A stretch of DNA of 64,000 bases from the NCBI GenBank assembly GCA_965246885.1, contig OZ251992.1, positions 1,696,001 through 1,760,000 of the forward strand. The letters run 5' to 3'. Positions 29,124 through 39,297 of this stretch are shown here, in pieces; positions within the stretch are counted from its first letter, which is position 1, and each line of letters begins with the position of its first letter. Position numbers and translations under genes: made by a program. The DNA is from Abditibacterium sp. Its GTDB lineage: Bacteria; Armatimonadota; Abditibacteriia; Abditibacteriales; Abditibacteriaceae. The notes beneath the pieces were generated by a model, which worked only from the letters and a program-made list of their open reading frames with translations, had not been told where the DNA came from and did not search any database.

Positions 29124-32100
29124 CTATGGCAGCAGTTCGGTGTCAACCACAACGCGAAAGCTGCCCTCAGCTTGGATGCCAAAGAGGAACTCGACGTTCA
29201 CGCTCGCGCCATTGGCGAGGGTGCCACCGGGCAGGGGCGCCGTCCACGAGGCGTTGAGGCCGCCGCCGTTGCCGCTCGAAGCGGACGTGAGCGGCGTTTC
29301 GGTAGGGGTGGTGGGCGCGTCTATGGCCAGGCCATACGCTGCGCGCGTGATGGCGTTGCCGTTGTTCGCGTCGTAGTATCTGACGCCGCCCGATGAGATG
29401 GCACGCAGGTCGGACACGCCCGATGCGGTGCTACTTCCGGCGGTGGCGCCCACGATGCGGAAGCGCAGCTTGGAAACGGCGCCGCCGGTGTTGTTGGTGA
29501 TGGTGCGGCGGAAGGACAAACGGCCTTTGGAATCCACGCCACTCCCTTTGCTGGCGTAGCGCGCGGCGGAGTAGACACCGGGGATGTTCATGGGGGCGAA
29601 GGTGATATCGCCGTTGCGCTGGATGGTGCTCGCCGCGTTGTGCGGGTTCGGGCTACCCAAACGGGCGCCCGAAAACGCGCCCACGCCACTGCTGTCTGTC
29701 GTGCTGCTGGTAGCGATGGTGTTGACGCAATTCCAGTCGGTCGCAAAGGTGCCAGTGTTGGAGGGCGCGCCGCTTTCGAGACGGCGGATGTAGGCGTATT
29801 GGTCGGTGGTGGCCGCCGGAAGGAAGGCGCGAGTGCCGACGCTGTCTACAACGGTTCCGGCGGCGTTCTTCACGGCGAGCGCGGCGCCAGTGGAGAAGTC
29901 GCCGGTGTAGTTGATATCGGGCGCCGCGACGCTCCCCAACGAGTAACCGCCGGAGTTGGCCAACAACAAGTGCCCGAAAGCGGGGATGGTGCCGCTCAAG
30001 GGGATGGTGACGGGGGTAGTGGTGCTTGCCACAACGCTCCAGCCGCTCACGTTGAGGGCCGAGGACGTGGTGTTCGCCAACTCGATGAACTCATCGGTCG
30101 TGCCCCCCGGCCCGCTCAAGCGGAACTGCGACAAGAGTGCGCCTGTGGTGGCGGATGGTTGGGGAGCAACGGAAACGAGCGCGACGTCGGACGTGCCGCT
30201 CAAGCTACCGCCGCTTGAAAGGGTGCTGATGGTGCCGGTCGTTGAGACGCGCACGATGCTGCTGGCACTCCCCCGCGCCACATACAGGTTGCCGTCGTTG
30301 CCATAGGCGAGGCCTGCGGGATCGGTTAACGCGGCGTTGCCCGAAGCCGTGACGCCACTGGCGGAGGCGCCATCCGATGCGACTTTGACGACGCGCCCGT
30401 TGGCGTTGTCGGCCACGTATAAGGTGCCGTCCGGCCCAAAGGCGACTCCCCAAGGGCCAGCGTAAAACCCGTCACCGGAGACGAGAAGGGTGACGTCGTC
30501 TGTATAAACGCTTTGCGCGCCAGTGGCCGGGTTGACTTTGACGATGTCGTGGCCGCCGTCGTTGCCGACATACAGTTGCCCGTCGCTTCCAAATGTCAGA
30601 CCGCGCGGGCCGCTCAGACTGCCGCCCGATGTCAGGGTGCTTTGGGCGCCGCTCGTGGGGTCAACCTTGATGATGGCGCTGTTGCCGACGTTGGCAACGT
30701 ACAGTTGCCCATCGGGGCCGAGAGCGATGCCAAAGGGATGGTTGAGCAGGTTGGTGCCGGTCGTGAGCGTGGCGGGCACGCCGGAAGGCGAGATTTTGAC
30801 GACGCTCGGCGCGCTGAAGTTGGACACGTAGAGGGTGCCATCACTCGCGCGGGCGACGCCGTAGGAGTTGATGAGCGGCGGGTTGGACGAAGCGATAACC
30901 GATTGCGCACCGCTCGTGTCCACGTTGACCACGCGAGAGTTGCCAGCGTTCACGGCCACGACACCAAGAAGGGTGCCTACCGGGGCAAGAGAGTACGATT
31001 GGCCCGCCGCGAAGCTGCCGTTGCCCTTGCTGGCGTCGGTGGTGCCGACGCCGCCAAGGGGCACACTATCGGAGTCGTGGATGGAGTCGTCGTCCAGAAG
31101 GTTGAGCTTGACGGTGCCTTGGCCGCCCGAAACGGAAACGGTGACGATGTAAGCGTTGCCGCTCCCCGACACGTTGGACACGCTCGCTCCGGCAACGGTT
31201 CCCGTCGTGGCGAGGGCGAAGTCGGTGGCATCTACGCCGGTGACGGGCGCGGTGAAAGTGACGGAGAAGCGCACGGAAGTGGCGCTCGTGGGCGAAGTGT
31301 CGAGGCGGGTGATGGAACTGACGAAGGGCGGGATGGCCCAGCCGATGTCGTGGAAGATGCCCAGTCCGACCGGCCCGGCGTCGTGGATGGGACTGCCAGC
31401 GAAGGGCGCCATCAAATGATTAAGGTTGACCCCAGAAAACGTCGCTTGGTCGAGGTGCGAGACGCTGGAGCCGCTGCTAAAAGTAGCGGGGGCGTAGAGC
31501 TTGGCGGGAGCGCCACCGTTGGCGGCGTCGGTGCGCGGGCCATCGAAGAACAGGTTGTCCGAGACGACCGCCGTCGCGCGCTGAGCCGGTGTTTCGTTCG
31601 ACAAGCGCACCCGTCCGGCGCCATTGCCTTCTGTTAAAAAGTCGTCGTAGATGTCGGGGGTGGTACCGCCCCCATAAGTGCCCGTCGCGGTCAACGTTCT
31701 GGTGAAGCCCAGCCCGTGTCCGATTTCGTGGAGCACAATGGTGTAGAAGTCAATGCCGGAGCCGGGATTGCCGTCGGTACCGTAATAAAATTGTTGACCG
31801 CCCAAAACGCCCGGACTGCCTACGTCGGAGTTGAACTGGGCGTTGATCTCTGCTTTGGCCGGGTCAAGGTCGCGTCCGGCAAGATGGTTGGCGAGGGCAC
31901 TGGGGTAAAAGATGCCCGCTTTGAAGCGCGGGTTGGTAGCAGCGAAGTCGCGGAAAAAGCCGGTCGGCCCCGCTTGTCCAAGCGTTGCGCCACTGGAGGA
32001 GCCGCCGAGCGAATCGAACGAGGCGGTCACGTTGATAGCGACCGGAGAAGCGCCGAGGTGTTGCCCCCAGTTGGCCAGCGCCGCCTCGAACGCCGCGCGC

Positions 32101-32252
32101 CGCGCCGCGCCGACGGAAGGATCATAGAACCCTTGGCCGTTCGCGTTGGTATAAGTGACGGCGAAAGTTGCCGCGCGCGCTGGAGACAGCGCGAAAAGCA
32201 AGACCAAAAAACCAAGCAGGCGCCCGGCAGTGCGGATGGCGTGTGTGGACAT
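29124..32252 (-). CDS. Secreted multidomain protein: zinc metalloprotease-like domain, Ig-like domain, NHL/Vgb-type beta-propeller, lamin-tail domain
   Basis: HEIGHGLGF; P.G.A.G.DG.LYV repeats; DEFIELAN.....LNVSGW. Confidence 0.8.
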   Translation of the reverse strand: MSTHAIRTAGRLLGFLVLLFALSPARAATFAVTYTNANGQGFYDPSVGAARRAAFEAALANWGQHLGASPVAINVTASFDSLGGSSSGATLGQAGPTGFFRDFAATNPRFKAGIFYPSALANHLAGRDLDPAKAEINAQFNSDVGSPGVLGGQQFYYGTDGNPGSGIDFYTIVLHEIGHGLGFTRTLTATGTYGGGTTPDIYDDFLTEGNGAGRVRLSNETPAQRATAVVSDNLFFDGPRTDAANGGAPAKLYAPATFSSGSSVSHLDQATFSGVNLNHLMAPFAGSPIHDAGPVGLGIFHDIGWAIPPFVSSITRLDTSPTSATSVRFSVTFTAPVTGVDATDFALATTGTVAGASVSNVSGSGNAYIVTVSVSGGQGTVKLNLLDDDSIHDSDSVPLGGVGTTDASKGNGSFAAGQSYSLAPVGTLLGVVAVNAGNSRVVNVDTSGAQSVIASSNPPLINSYGVARASDGTLYVSNFSAPSVVKISPSGVPATLTTGTNLLNHPFGIALGPDGQLYVANVGNSAIIKVDPTSGAQSTLTSGGSLSGPRGLTFGSDGQLYVGNDGGHDIVKVNPATGAQSVYTDDVTLLVSGDGFYAGPWGVAFGPDGTLYVADNANGRVVKVASDGASASGVTASGNAALTDPAGLAYGNDGNLYVARGSASSIVRVSTTGTISTLSSGGSLSGTSDVALVSVAPQPSATTGALLSQFRLSGPGGTTDEFIELANTTSSALNVSGWSVVASTTTPVTIPLSGTIPAFGHLLLANSGGYSLGSVAAPDINYTGDFSTGAALAVKNAAGTVVDSVGTRAFLPAATTDQYAYIRRLESGAPSNTGTFATDWNCVNTIATSSTTDSSGVGAFSGARLGSPNPHNAASTIQRNGDITFAPMNIPGVYSAARYASKGSGVDSKGRLSFRRTITNNTGGAVSKLRFRIVGATAGSSTASGVSDLRAISSGGVRYYDANNGNAITRAAYGLAIDAPTTPTETPLTSASSGNGGGLNASWTAPLPGGTLANGASVNVEFLFGIQAEGSFRVVVDTELLP

Positions 32253-32292
32253 AAGGATGTGGGTATCGGATCTATGGCGAGCGCGGAGCGCG

Positions 32293-32616
32293 TTAACGGG
32301 AGTAGTGACGATGGCGCTTGTGGTGGCGCGCCTTGGCTTTGGCTTTGAGGGTGGGGGAAGAAGAGGGGTCAACGTCGGCCATGATGCCGTTGCGCGGGTC
32401 GGGCGCGTGGCGGATGTTGGTCAAGCGGATGCCGTTGGGGGTGGTTCCGGCCTTGGAGGATGCCGTCGTGCGCGAGGTGGGAGCGGGAACGTGGCGCACG
32501 AAGACACCGGGGAACTTCGAGGGCGTGAACCCCAGAGGGGCGGGGGCGTTTTGGGCGGAAGCCGCTTCCGCCAACATCAACAGCGCCGTAGAGACGGCGA
32601 ACAAGGAAGATTTCAT
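32293..32616 (-). CDS. Small secreted hypothetical protein with a basic, His-rich tail
   Basis: Signal peptide (ASA-Q); fills the gap between ribD and the multidomain gene. Confidence 0.55.
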   Translation of the reverse strand: MKSSLFAVSTALLMLAEAASAQNAPAPLGFTPSKFPGVFVRHVPAPTSRTTASSKAGTTPNGIRLTNIRHAPDPRNGIMADVDPSSSPTLKAKAKARHHKRHRHYSR

Positions 32617-32625
32617 ACCAAAGCC

Positions 32626-33786
32626 TTATGGGTGCGGCGGCAGTTTGACACAATTTTCGCCGCTTGCAAACTCCGCCGCCATTCCGGGGATGGGACGCAA
32701 ATAACCTTCAACCAGCACATCTTCGCCCATCACCCGCGTTTGAACCAGTGACAAACGCGGCGCTCCCGCCAAGTCGTCCGCGCTAAATCCGGCCAGCGCC
32801 GACTTGCCCTCGCCCATCAGCATCGGTGCCGAGAACCACGCGACTTTGTCTACCACGTTTGCGCGCAAAGCACTGCCCGCGACGCGCGCGCCGCCCTCAA
32901 TCAGCACCGACACAATGTCGCGGCGCGCAAGGTCTTCCAAAAACGGCACCCATTGCAAGAGGCCGTCCTCGCGCGCGACCGCGACCACCGTCGCGCCGCG
33001 CTCGCGTAGCGCCGCGACCCGCTCCGGCGGCGCCGCGTCGGAGACCGCGATCAGCACTGCGGGCGCGTCCGTCCACAAGCGCGCGTCGAGTGGCAAGCGC
33101 GCGCCGCCATCCAACACAACGCGAATGGGTTGCGTCGTCGGTTCGTCGCGGCGCACGGATAACTGCGGGTCGTCGGCCAGCACGGTTTCGATGCCCACGA
33201 CAACGGCATCGGCGTAGTGACGCAATTGGTGGGCGTAGGCGCGCGACTCCGGGCCGGTAATCCAGCGTGATTGGCCGCTTGGAAGCGCGATTTTGCCGTC
33301 CAGCGAGGTAGCGGATTTGAGGCACACGAACGGTGTGGCGCGCACGATGGAAAACAGGAACTCGTCCATCGCCCGCGCGCAGTCGGCGGCCAGCACGCCT
33401 TCGACGACTTCCACGCCCGCCGCGCGCAACTGCCGAAAGCCTTGGCCCGCGACAGCGGGATTGGGGTCGAGAACCCCTGCCACTACGCGCACTATGCCTG
33501 CTTCCAACAGGGCGAAGGTGCAGGGCGGGGTAGTGGCGTAGTGCGAGCAGGGTTCGAGCGTCACGTACGCCGTCGCGCCGCGCGCTCTGGCTCCGGCTTC
33601 GCGCAGAGCCATGACCTCGCCGTGCGGGTTGCCGTTGCCCTTTTGGGTATGCCCGCCGCCCACGACCGTCCCATCGTGGACAATGACGCATCCTACGCTG
33701 GGGCGGGGCGAAGTCCAGCCTTTGCCGCGCGCGCTCCATTGGAGGGCCTCGCGCATCCAATGCGCGTCGGCGTCACGCTGTTTCAT
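32626..33786 (-). CDS. ribD: Riboflavin biosynthesis deaminase/reductase
   Basis: H.EV.AL, TLEPCSH...TPPC, SLDGKIA and EGG. Confidence 0.95.
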   Translation of the reverse strand: MKQRDADAHWMREALQWSARGKGWTSPRPSVGCVIVHDGTVVGGGHTQKGNGNPHGEVMALREAGARARGATAYVTLEPCSHYATTPPCTFALLEAGIVRVVAGVLDPNPAVAGQGFRQLRAAGVEVVEGVLAADCARAMDEFLFSIVRATPFVCLKSATSLDGKIALPSGQSRWITGPESRAYAHQLRHYADAVVVGIETVLADDPQLSVRRDEPTTQPIRVVLDGGARLPLDARLWTDAPAVLIAVSDAAPPERVAALRERGATVVAVAREDGLLQWVPFLEDLARRDIVSVLIEGGARVAGSALRANVVDKVAWFSAPMLMGEGKSALAGFSADDLAGAPRLSLVQTRVMGEDVLVEGYLRPIPGMAAEFASGENCVKLPPHP

Positions 33787-34210
33787 CGCTGCCTCCCTGT
33801 TCCGCTCGTTGTGCGCGCGCCAACTCCCGCTCCAAGGCGTCTTTCGACTGCCGCGCGCGCTTGGCGGCCTCGATGCGCCCGATTTGCACCGTCCAGAAGA
33901 TGTCCAACGACATCAAAGCAAAGGCGACCAGCATCAGCGCGAGGGCGCTGCCCGACACTTGCACGAACTGCTTGATATGCACCCGGTCGGCACTTGAACG
34001 GGGCCACAGATACACCGTCGAAATGAAGAAGCCCGCCAGCACGAGAAGCCACGTCACTCCGGACAGCAGTCGAAAGCGCAGGTGCTGGGCCGTCAGCGCC
34101 GACTCGCCGCGCGAAAAGCGCAGCCACTCCCACACGGCGATGCCGCCGATGGCGATAAAGAAGGTGCCGCACAGCGCGGCGAAAATCCAACGGACAACTA
34201 AAGTGGACAT
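33773..34210 (-). CDS. Three-TM hypothetical membrane protein
   Basis: Three hydrophobic helices; overlaps the ribD start. Confidence 0.6.
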   Translation of the reverse strand: MSTLVVRWIFAALCGTFFIAIGGIAVWEWLRFSRGESALTAQHLRFRLLSGVTWLLVLAGFFISTVYLWPRSSADRVHIKQFVQVSGSALALMLVAFALMSLDIFWTVQIGRIEAAKRARQSKDALERELARAQRAEQGGSDETA

Positions 34211-34324
34211 AAGCGCAGTTCTTCCCGTTTCTTGAAGTTGATTTTAACGCGCCACCGCCTGCACCTCGGATTTGCCCCTTCCATCGGGTAAAATAAAAGC
34301 AGTTCTTTGTTTTCCAAACACCTC

Positions 34325-35212
34325 ATGTCCTCCCGCCCCTTCGCGCCGCGCCGCGCTGCGTTCACGCTTGTGGAAATCTTGGTCGTCGTCGGCATCATCC
34401 TCTTGCTGGCCGCTATCTTATTCCCAGTTTTTTCCAAAGTGCGCGAGACTGGGCGCCGAAGTGTGTGCAACTCCAACATGCACCAGTTGGGCTTGGCCTT
34501 CCAACAATACACGCAGGATTTCGGCGGGCGCTACCCCTACGCGGGCAACTACCAAGTCTGGGCCGGAACCGATGCCGCCTCCGTTCCCACTGCATGGAAG
34601 GGCGCGACGGCGCATTGGGTCACAGGCGGCGATGTGGGCGGCATCCCTAAGAACTACACCGATGCGGAGAAAGGTTTAGCGGACAGCACCAAACCCACCA
34701 CGCCCACTCCCGGCAAGGACGACTTCAAAACAGTTCCCGGACGGCAGGCGTATGTCGAAAAAGGCGCGCTTTTTCCCTATGCTAAGTCCGCTTCGGTTTA
34801 CGTTTGCCCCTCTGCCCCAGACGGGGACGTGCGCAAATTGTCTTATTCGATGAACTGCGCCATCGCGGGCATCTCCGGCGTTCGCATCCGCAACGCCAGC
34901 GAGGTCGTGCTTTTAGTGGACGAGGGCCGCTCTCTCAACGACGGGTATTTCTGGGCTAGCGACGCAGGCGGTGGCGTTTCGACCGACTCCCTCTTCGACG
35001 GGCACAACGGCTCCGGCAACCTCTTATTCGCCGACGGCCACGTGAAATCCGTGCTTTCTTCCGAACACCCGCTCGACTATTCCACCCAAGGAATCGCCAA
35101 CAAGATGCTGCTTTCCGGGGACATCCGCTTCCGCGACGCCGCCTTTGGCAAAAAGGGATCTAACATCGCTCCCTCCGGCACTCAAACAACTTGCGGCGAC
35201 TCACTTCCCTGA
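34325..35212 (+). CDS. Prepilin-type DUF1559, H-X9-DG protein
   Basis: AFTLVEILVVVGII...C.SNMHQLG and HNGSGNLLFADGHVK. Confidence 0.9.
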   Translation: MSSRPFAPRRAAFTLVEILVVVGIILLLAAILFPVFSKVRETGRRSVCNSNMHQLGLAFQQYTQDFGGRYPYAGNYQVWAGTDAASVPTAWKGATAHWVTGGDVGGIPKNYTDAEKGLADSTKPTTPTPGKDDFKTVPGRQAYVEKGALFPYAKSASVYVCPSAPDGDVRKLSYSMNCAIAGISGVRIRNASEVVLLVDEGRSLNDGYFWASDAGGGVSTDSLFDGHNGSGNLLFADGHVKSVLSSEHPLDYSTQGIANKMLLSGDIRFRDAAFGKKGSNIAPSGTQTTCGDSLP

Positions 35213-35275
35213 GCAACTTGTCAGCGCGCTCGCTGTCTTACACTCCACGCCCTGCGGGGCGCGGAGTTTTTCATT

Positions 35276-36115
35276 ATGATTACACGCCGGGCCGCTTTTA
35301 CCCTTATAGAATTATTGACAGTTATTGCCATCATCGCCATATTGGCCTCGATGATCTTCCCCACCTTCGCTAAGGCCCGCGAAATGGCGCGCCGCGCCTC
35401 GTGCCAATCCAACATGAAGCAGTTGGGCTTGGGCTTCGCGCTCTACATCCAAGACTACGACTACCGCTACCCCTACGCGGGCAATTATCAGCACTGGGCG
35501 GATGGAGGTCATTGGGTCGCTGGCGTCAACAGCACTGCCGCCAATGGCTCGCCCGGTGCCCTCGCCAAGTTCACTTACCCTTACACCGCCACCGGCGCGA
35601 AGGCGTCCCCAGAAAAAGGAGCGCTGTATCCCTACGTCAAAAGCGCTCAGGTCTACGTTTGCCCCTCCAGCCGCGACGGGGAAAAGACCGGACTTTCCTA
35701 CGGCATGAACTGGAACTTGGGGGGTGCGTCGGAAGTTGCTATTCAACAAGGCTCCGAACTTATTCTGCTCGTGGACGAAGCCTACCCAACGGACGGCTTT
35801 TTCTGGGCGACTAATAAACCCGAGGCCAGCGACCAGTTACAACAAATCCACAACGGCGGCGGGAACCTGCTGATGTGCGATGGGCACGTCAAGTTCTACC
35901 CCTTTGCCCGCTTCCCGGCAGGCGACAACAGTGACTCCGATGCTTCAGTTGCCGCCGCATCCAAAGCCATTAAAATAAATCCGACCGTTTCGCCGCGCTT
36001 CATCGAGCCGGACATGGCCCAAGGCACCTTCGATCCCAGCGCCACGCCCGTGCCCACTGCCACTCCCGGCCCCACCGCCACCCCCGGCCCGACGCCCACT
36101 CCCACCGGCCCCTAA
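35276..36115 (+). CDS. Prepilin-type DUF1559, H-X9-DG protein with a Pro/Thr tail
   Basis: [14 protein letters not shown]...[24 protein letters not shown] and PTATPG repeats. Confidence 0.9.
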   Translation: MITRRAAFTLIELLTVIAIIAILASMIFPTFAKAREMARRASCQSNMKQLGLGFALYIQDYDYRYPYAGNYQHWADGGHWVAGVNSTAANGSPGALAKFTYPYTATGAKASPEKGALYPYVKSAQVYVCPSSRDGEKTGLSYGMNWNLGGASEVAIQQGSELILLVDEAYPTDGFFWATNKPEASDQLQQIHNGGGNLLMCDGHVKFYPFARFPAGDNSDSDASVAAASKAIKINPTVSPRFIEPDMAQGTFDPSATPVPTATPGPTATPGPTPTPTGP

Positions 36116-36121
36116 TCCTAC

Positions 36122-36868
36122 GTGTCTACCCCCGTTTCTTTCCGCGAGCAGTTGTTCGACCGCTACAAGTTGCTCTTCGATTGGTTGCCCGAAGGTGCCG
36201 CGCCCGTGCTTGACGTCGGGTGCGGCAACGGCATTTATACGCAACACCTCGCGCGCAAAAGCGGTGCGGCGGTCGGCGTTGACCACAACCAAGCCAACCT
36301 CGCGTGGGCCAAACGGGAGTTTCCCGGTTGTGAGTTCGTCCTGTCCAACGGCGAGAATCTGCCCTTTGCTGACGCTTCCTTTGGCGCTGTAATGTTGACG
36401 GAAGTGCTCGAACACACGCGCGACGACCGCCAAGCCCTGCGCGAAATCGCCCGCGTCTTGCGCCCCGGCGGAACCTTGCTGCTTTCGACGCCCCATCGCG
36501 GACTTTTCGCGGGAATCGACCCCGACAACGCGCTCAACTCCTTCTTTGCGGGGGTCTCGAAACTGCGAATCCCCAAGCCGCGCGGCGGCAGGTTCTACGA
36601 CGGCTTTCGCTTCGACTGGCACCGCCACTACTCCGAGGCCGAACTGCGCGACTTGTTGGGCGATGGCTTCCGCGTCGAGCAAGTCGCTTTTGGCGGTCTG
36701 CTGCTTTACCCCCTGCTATACGGTGTCGAAAACATCTTGGACTCCTTCGGCGACACGCGCTCCTATTGGAAGGACTACCGCCTCCTGCGCCGCGCGCGCG
36801 GGCTGGACTTCAATCTGAGTTTCGGCGCGTGGAGCTACAACATCGCGCTGCGCTGTGTGCGGGTGTAA
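36122..36868 (+). CDS. Class I SAM-dependent methyltransferase
   Basis: VLDVGCGNG, LPFADASF, EVLEH and RVLRPGG. Confidence 0.9.
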   Translation: MSTPVSFREQLFDRYKLLFDWLPEGAAPVLDVGCGNGIYTQHLARKSGAAVGVDHNQANLAWAKREFPGCEFVLSNGENLPFADASFGAVMLTEVLEHTRDDRQALREIARVLRPGGTLLLSTPHRGLFAGIDPDNALNSFFAGVSKLRIPKPRGGRFYDGFRFDWHRHYSEAELRDLLGDGFRVEQVAFGGLLLYPLLYGVENILDSFGDTRSYWKDYRLLRRARGLDFNLSFGAWSYNIALRCVRV

Positions 36869-36871
36869 CCC

Positions 36872-38848
36872 TTACACCTTCGCGGCGACGACGACCGCAT
36901 CATCCGCGCGCACGATGACGTAGTTCCCGCGTTGGGCAATTTCGACTTTGGCGCCGGTCTTCCAGTCGGCTTTGCCGCTTGCGTTAGCCTTAGCGCCCGA
37001 CACTTTGGCGCCGCTCGCATCAAGCGCCACGCTCACTTTGCCGAGCGAAACCGTCGCGGTTTTGCCGCCACTCAGGTCGGGTAACGGGAAACGCAGCGTT
37101 TCGCCGCCCCAAAAGCGGCCCTTGTGTTCGAGGGTCGAGGCGCCATTGGTGGTTTGCGCAATCCAGAAGCCTTTGGGCGTGCTCCATCCGCCCATCGTTT
37201 CGGCTTGTTGCTCGACCTCGAAGATGGCGGGGACTTTGGCCCACGTCGGGCGGGCGCTTGGCCACTCGACCGAAAACGAGCGGGTGAGGGCGCCGCCCTG
37301 CGCCCAAATGCCCGCCCGCCCGTCTTTGCGGTCAGCGTTGAAAGCGTCTATCACCAGTTCCTCATCGCAGCGCGCGGCGAGATAACCGCGCTCATCACTA
37401 AGCGTCCACACGCGGTTCGAGCCGTCGAAGCGCGCGCCGTCAGCCGTTTGCGATAGAACCGTTGTCTTGCCTTTAAGCGTTTGCACGATCTGCACTTGCC
37501 CACGCGCCACGCCCGACTTCGAGCCGCCCACGCGCAGAAGGTAGGCGCCTTCTCCCGCTTTGTGGTTGAGAATTAGCCCTGCCGCGCCGCTTGCGGGAAT
37601 CGAAAGCTGAGCCGTCGCCGTGTAGCCGCTCCACCCTTGCTCGCCCATCACGGCAAAAGCGCCGCGCGGCCCGACGGGGCGGGCGACGCCGTTGCCGAAC
37701 GCGAACTGGCCCGCGACCGTCGTCCAACGGCCCGCAACCGGCGCGTGGAAGGGGTCGAAGAAATCGGGCAGGGAGCGCACCGACACGTCGTCGAATACCG
37801 CGCCGACGCCCTTCAAATCGTCGCCCGCAACGGGCAAGTTGGCGAGCAACCCGACCTGCCCGCGCGCGAACATCCCGGTATTGGCGCGCGCGACCTCGAC
37901 ATCATCCACAAACGCGCGTAGTGTCCCGCTCGCCGCAACGAGCTTGAGGCGCACCCACTCGCGCTGCTCAAAGCCGCCCGTGTTGGTGGCGCGCGCCAGA
38001 ACGCGAGATTTGCCGTCCACAACCGCGCGCAGTTCCGGCGCGCCTTTCTCGCTCCAAAACAGGCCGAGGTAGTTCTTCGCGTCTTGCACGTCGGTGAGCA
38101 GCGCGATTTCCGTTGCGCCTTGCGGCAAGGCCGACACACTCGCTTCGTAATCGCTCCAAAACGGGCGCCCCGCCACGCTCAAATTCTCGCCCGCCGCGAG
38201 GGGACGAAACGCGAACGGGTTCAGACTCTGCGCGACGAGCGCCTCGGAGTTTTCGGTCAATCCCGTCGTTTTCCACGCTCCCGTCAAGCCCGTCCAAATC
38301 GTTTCGGTGATGGCCGCGTCGCGGATTTTGACGCCCGCGCGCGGGTTGGCGAGCGCGTCTTTCAACGCCACATCCGACGCGACGCGCATGAAATCGTCGT
38401 CAAACGCGATGGTCTCGACCGGTTGCAAGCGCACGCCCGACAAGGCGCCGCGCGTGCCGATTTTGCCTTTGGTAAACGTTGCGTCTTCCGCTTCAAGCAG
38501 CGTCTGCCCCGCAAGAGTGAAGCGCCAACGCGGGCCGCGTCGTTGCGCCACCAAGGGCGCCGGAAGCGCGACTTTGGGAAGCGGCGCGCTCGCCACAAGG
38601 AAAGTTTTGCCGCCCGTCGTTTCGAGCAAATCGGCCTTCCCATTCCCCAAGCGCAACACATATCCGCCGCCCTGCGCGTCTTGGTCGAGCGCCAACTCCG
38701 ACCCGAACTTCTCGACTTTAGCCGAGACATCGAAGTCGGTATCTTCGGCTTCGTCATCCAAGAACTGCCACGCCGGAGCGGGTTTGGGCTGGGCAAGCGC
38801 GGGCGTCGCGGCGGCGAGTAGCAGGGGAAGCAAAAGGGCGCGTTTCAT
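36872..38848 (-). CDS. Secreted protein with tandem ConA-like (DUF1080-type) beta-sandwich domains
   Basis: Signal peptide MKRALLL...ALA-Q; repeated W..Y...., G.VG and FDDV.V patterns. Confidence 0.6.
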   Translation of the reverse strand: MKRALLLPLLLAAATPALAQPKPAPAWQFLDDEAEDTDFDVSAKVEKFGSELALDQDAQGGGYVLRLGNGKADLLETTGGKTFLVASAPLPKVALPAPLVAQRRGPRWRFTLAGQTLLEAEDATFTKGKIGTRGALSGVRLQPVETIAFDDDFMRVASDVALKDALANPRAGVKIRDAAITETIWTGLTGAWKTTGLTENSEALVAQSLNPFAFRPLAAGENLSVAGRPFWSDYEASVSALPQGATEIALLTDVQDAKNYLGLFWSEKGAPELRAVVDGKSRVLARATNTGGFEQREWVRLKLVAASGTLRAFVDDVEVARANTGMFARGQVGLLANLPVAGDDLKGVGAVFDDVSVRSLPDFFDPFHAPVAGRWTTVAGQFAFGNGVARPVGPRGAFAVMGEQGWSGYTATAQLSIPASGAAGLILNHKAGEGAYLLRVGGSKSGVARGQVQIVQTLKGKTTVLSQTADGARFDGSNRVWTLSDERGYLAARCDEELVIDAFNADRKDGRAGIWAQGGALTRSFSVEWPSARPTWAKVPAIFEVEQQAETMGGWSTPKGFWIAQTTNGASTLEHKGRFWGGETLRFPLPDLSGGKTATVSLGKVSVALDASGAKVSGAKANASGKADWKTGAKVEIAQRGNYVIVRADDAVVVAAKV

Positions 38849-39030
38849 GGCTTCCTTTAGAAGTCCCGCGCGCGCGGCGGTTGCCCCGTCGCGGAAAAAT
38901 GCGTGGTGAGCGAATGGCAAACCTTGAACTTGTAAAGCGTCTTGATGTTCCTTTCTGCCTAACAAATGGCGCGCGCGGTTTTTGCACCGTCGCCACTCTT
39001 CTCGCAGGCTGATTCCGTTGTTAGCGCATC

Positions 39031-39205
39031 GAAACAGGTGAACAGACGACCGAAACATGCCGCGAGGCGACCGTAGCAAGCCAATACATAATAGCAACAT
39101 GCGACGAGACGACCGTGACAGGCCGCGAGACGACCGAAACATGCGGATACATAATAGCAATATGCGAACAGACGACCGAAACAGGTGAATAGACGACCGA
39201 AACAG
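39031..39205. repeat. Degenerate 21-bp tandem array C (8+ units, 63-bp substructure)
   Basis: gaaacaggtgaacagacgacc-type units in exact phase; the tacataata variant ends units 3 and 6. Confidence 0.9.
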
Positions 39206-39297
39206 CGTAGTTCACGCTCAGAGTCCGCCCGCAAGGGCGTTTTTCCCCACAAACTGTGCCCGAACAAACCATCGTGAACGGGAAACTGCCGCAGTTG

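Noticed and set aside
38957..39026. Possible second attC (GCCTAAC...GTTAGCG)
   Set aside because: The core sites match, but the L boxes and stem do not pair convincingly and no cassette ORF ends there
39031..39205. Possible CRISPR array (also considered for 46378-46524 and 60802-60990)
   Set aside because: The 21-bp period leaves no room for a repeat plus unique spacer, the units are degenerate, and no cas genes are present
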